From: Gammaproteobacteria bacterium
GTDB lineage: Bacteria; Pseudomonadota; Gammaproteobacteria; SG8-11
DNA length: 60,175 nt
NCBI GenBank assembly: GCA_013151345.1
Contig: JAADIM010000038.1
Location: 1 to 60,175, forward strand
Direction: 5' to 3'
Of the stretch, positions 58,964 through 60,175 are shown piece by piece. Made by a program: the position numbers and the translations under genes. Position 1 is the first letter of the stretch, and every line of letters begins with the position of its first letter. The notes under the pieces were generated by a model, which saw only the letters and a program-made list of their open reading frames with translations, was not told where the DNA came from and searched no databases.

Positions 58964-59854
58964 TTAATCAGAGGCCCTTGGTTTATTAGTTGGTAGCAGT
59001 TCATATTGTTTCGCTACTCGCCTAAAGGCAGAGCCAATTTGAACTTCCTTGATTATTTTTAATACGTCTTCTGATGGATTTTGGTTGGTTATAGCTGATA
59101 GTGGTCGATAAAAGGGATAACGTTTTTTTTTGAGATTATGTGCCGTTGCTTCAACATTGTCGACAGTGATTTGTTTTACGTTCATGTCTGGTTCTCTCAC
59201 CCAAGTTGAGCCTGTATGGCCTATAGACCAAGGGAAATCGCTTATTCGTTGAATCATTTCGGCTGAGCTTGATACGTTTAAGCGTTTTTGCCTGAATAAG
59301 TTATGATTTGGTAAAATAGTTTTCCAGTGGCCCGGTCGTTGTTTACAATGTAATCGAGTAATGACAATGATGGATTCATCGGGTCCGCCTACTTCACTCC
59401 AATTAGTAGTTTTCCCAGAAAATATAAAACGTATTTGTTCAGTTGTTAGATTGTGAATTGGGTTATCTTTGTTTGTCATAATGACTACTGGCTCCAGAGC
59501 CAATGGATATACAATCAAATCTTCTTTATTGATTTCATCCTGGCTGAGTGGGCAACATACGAAACCAAATGTTTCATTGTCCGGCGTATTTCTTTTGGCC
59601 GTCTTAATGCCCGCATTACATCCTTGCCCTAGCATCGAGTTTTTGCCATATAGTTTAATTTCCCGGTCAACCGTCTTTTCAAGATCTTGTTTGAGCGCGT
59701 CAAAAATTGTCCAGGCAAAGTGTGCACCTGCGCCTGAAATAATTTTTTCGTCCTCTTCAAATCCAAAGGCAGGTTTTAATAAATCTAATGTGAAAACAAC
59801 CAGCAATATAGAAAAAAATAGTAACGAGAATTTGCTTGTTTTGCGTATAACCAA
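58964..59854 (-). CDS. PstS-like (PBP_like_2) periplasmic substrate-binding protein
   Basis: A signal peptide or anchor is present. 'LTTEQIRFIFSGKTTNWSEVGG' is the hallmark PstS-family motif. The gene lies 57 nt upstream of the cyclase gene on the same strand, with no ABC permease or ATPase nearby. Confidence 0.72.
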   Translation of the reverse strand: MVIRKTSKFSLLFFSILLVVFTLDLLKPAFGFEEDEKIISGAGAHFAWTIFDALKQDLEKTVDREIKLYGKNSMLGQGCNAGIKTAKRNTPDNETFGFVCCPLSQDEINKEDLIVYPLALEPVVIMTNKDNPIHNLTTEQIRFIFSGKTTNWSEVGGPDESIIVITRLHCKQRPGHWKTILPNHNLFRQKRLNVSSSAEMIQRISDFPWSIGHTGSTWVREPDMNVKQITVDNVEATAHNLKKKRYPFYRPLSAITNQNPSEDVLKIIKEVQIGSAFRRVAKQYELLPTNKPRASD

Positions 59855-60175
59855 TTTGCGCCACCTTATATAGCCGCTTATTAACGCTAACGAAATAAAC
59901 GTATAAAAAATTTTATTTAGATATTCGTGAAAAAAATATGTCGGTAAAATATATTTATTATTATGCTCTGCTGTATATCGGACAAAGAGGTGATTTCTTT
60001 AGGATAAAAATAGGGGAGTAACGTAATAATCGTATATTAATCAATAGGCTGAAAAGGTGTGAAGCGTGGTGTTTGGGCAGTATTGTTATACTAAACGTGG
60101 TGGTTTTGAAAAATAATATATTTGCCCACGTGGCAACCCCACTTTTGGAGGGTATCCCGCAGTTGAATTCACTTA

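Overview
About 60 kb from an AT-rich chromosome (roughly 40% GC by hand count of sample lines). Gene order looks gammaproteobacterial. I recognise about 50 protein-coding genes and no rRNA, tRNA, CRISPR array, transposase or integrase. All calls come from reading the supplied translations and the DNA; no database search was run.

Positions 1-27.8 kb are an almost uninterrupted minus-strand block of conserved housekeeping genes: pmbA, tldD, a C-N hydrolase, yhdP, rng, maf, rlmH, rsfS, nadD, proA, holA, lptE, leuS, then lnt, corC, ybeY, ybeZ/phoH, miaB and amt. A visibly GC-richer hipB-hipA toxin-antitoxin islet with no mobility genes interrupts this block at about 18.8-20.8 kb, after a ybeL-like gene.

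Positions 28-60 kb are more accessory:
- a Sel1-repeat protein plus a degenerate 5'-nucleotidase-like domain fused to a tetrahaem cytochrome c
- rsd and a terB-like gene
- a four-gene envelope cluster of unknown function
- two ChaN-family lipoproteins (one with a PDZ domain) and a cytochrome c
- a putative lysine-to-2-oxoadipate cluster (lysine/saccharopine dehydrogenase-like, ALDH7-type, DUF1338/HglS-like)
- an orphan ExeA-like ATPase
- rubredoxin (missing from the ORF track) with its reductase
- a bactofilin and mtgA
- a second-messenger neighbourhood: a PAS-GGDEF-EAL protein, a 1,293-aa protein (two cNMP-binding domains, rhodanese, long coiled coil, one TM helix, acidic tail), and a periplasmic binding protein paired with a diguanylate cyclase

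The best candidates for undescribed biology are the giant cNMP-binding scaffold with its c-di-GMP neighbours, the binding-protein/cyclase pair, the unknown envelope cluster at 32.4-35.8 kb, and the pseudo-nucleotidase-cytochrome fusion.

The DNA also carries many short tandem duplications, several of them in frame inside core genes. There are two structured palindromic non-coding elements, at 8.4-8.6 kb and 47.6-47.8 kb.
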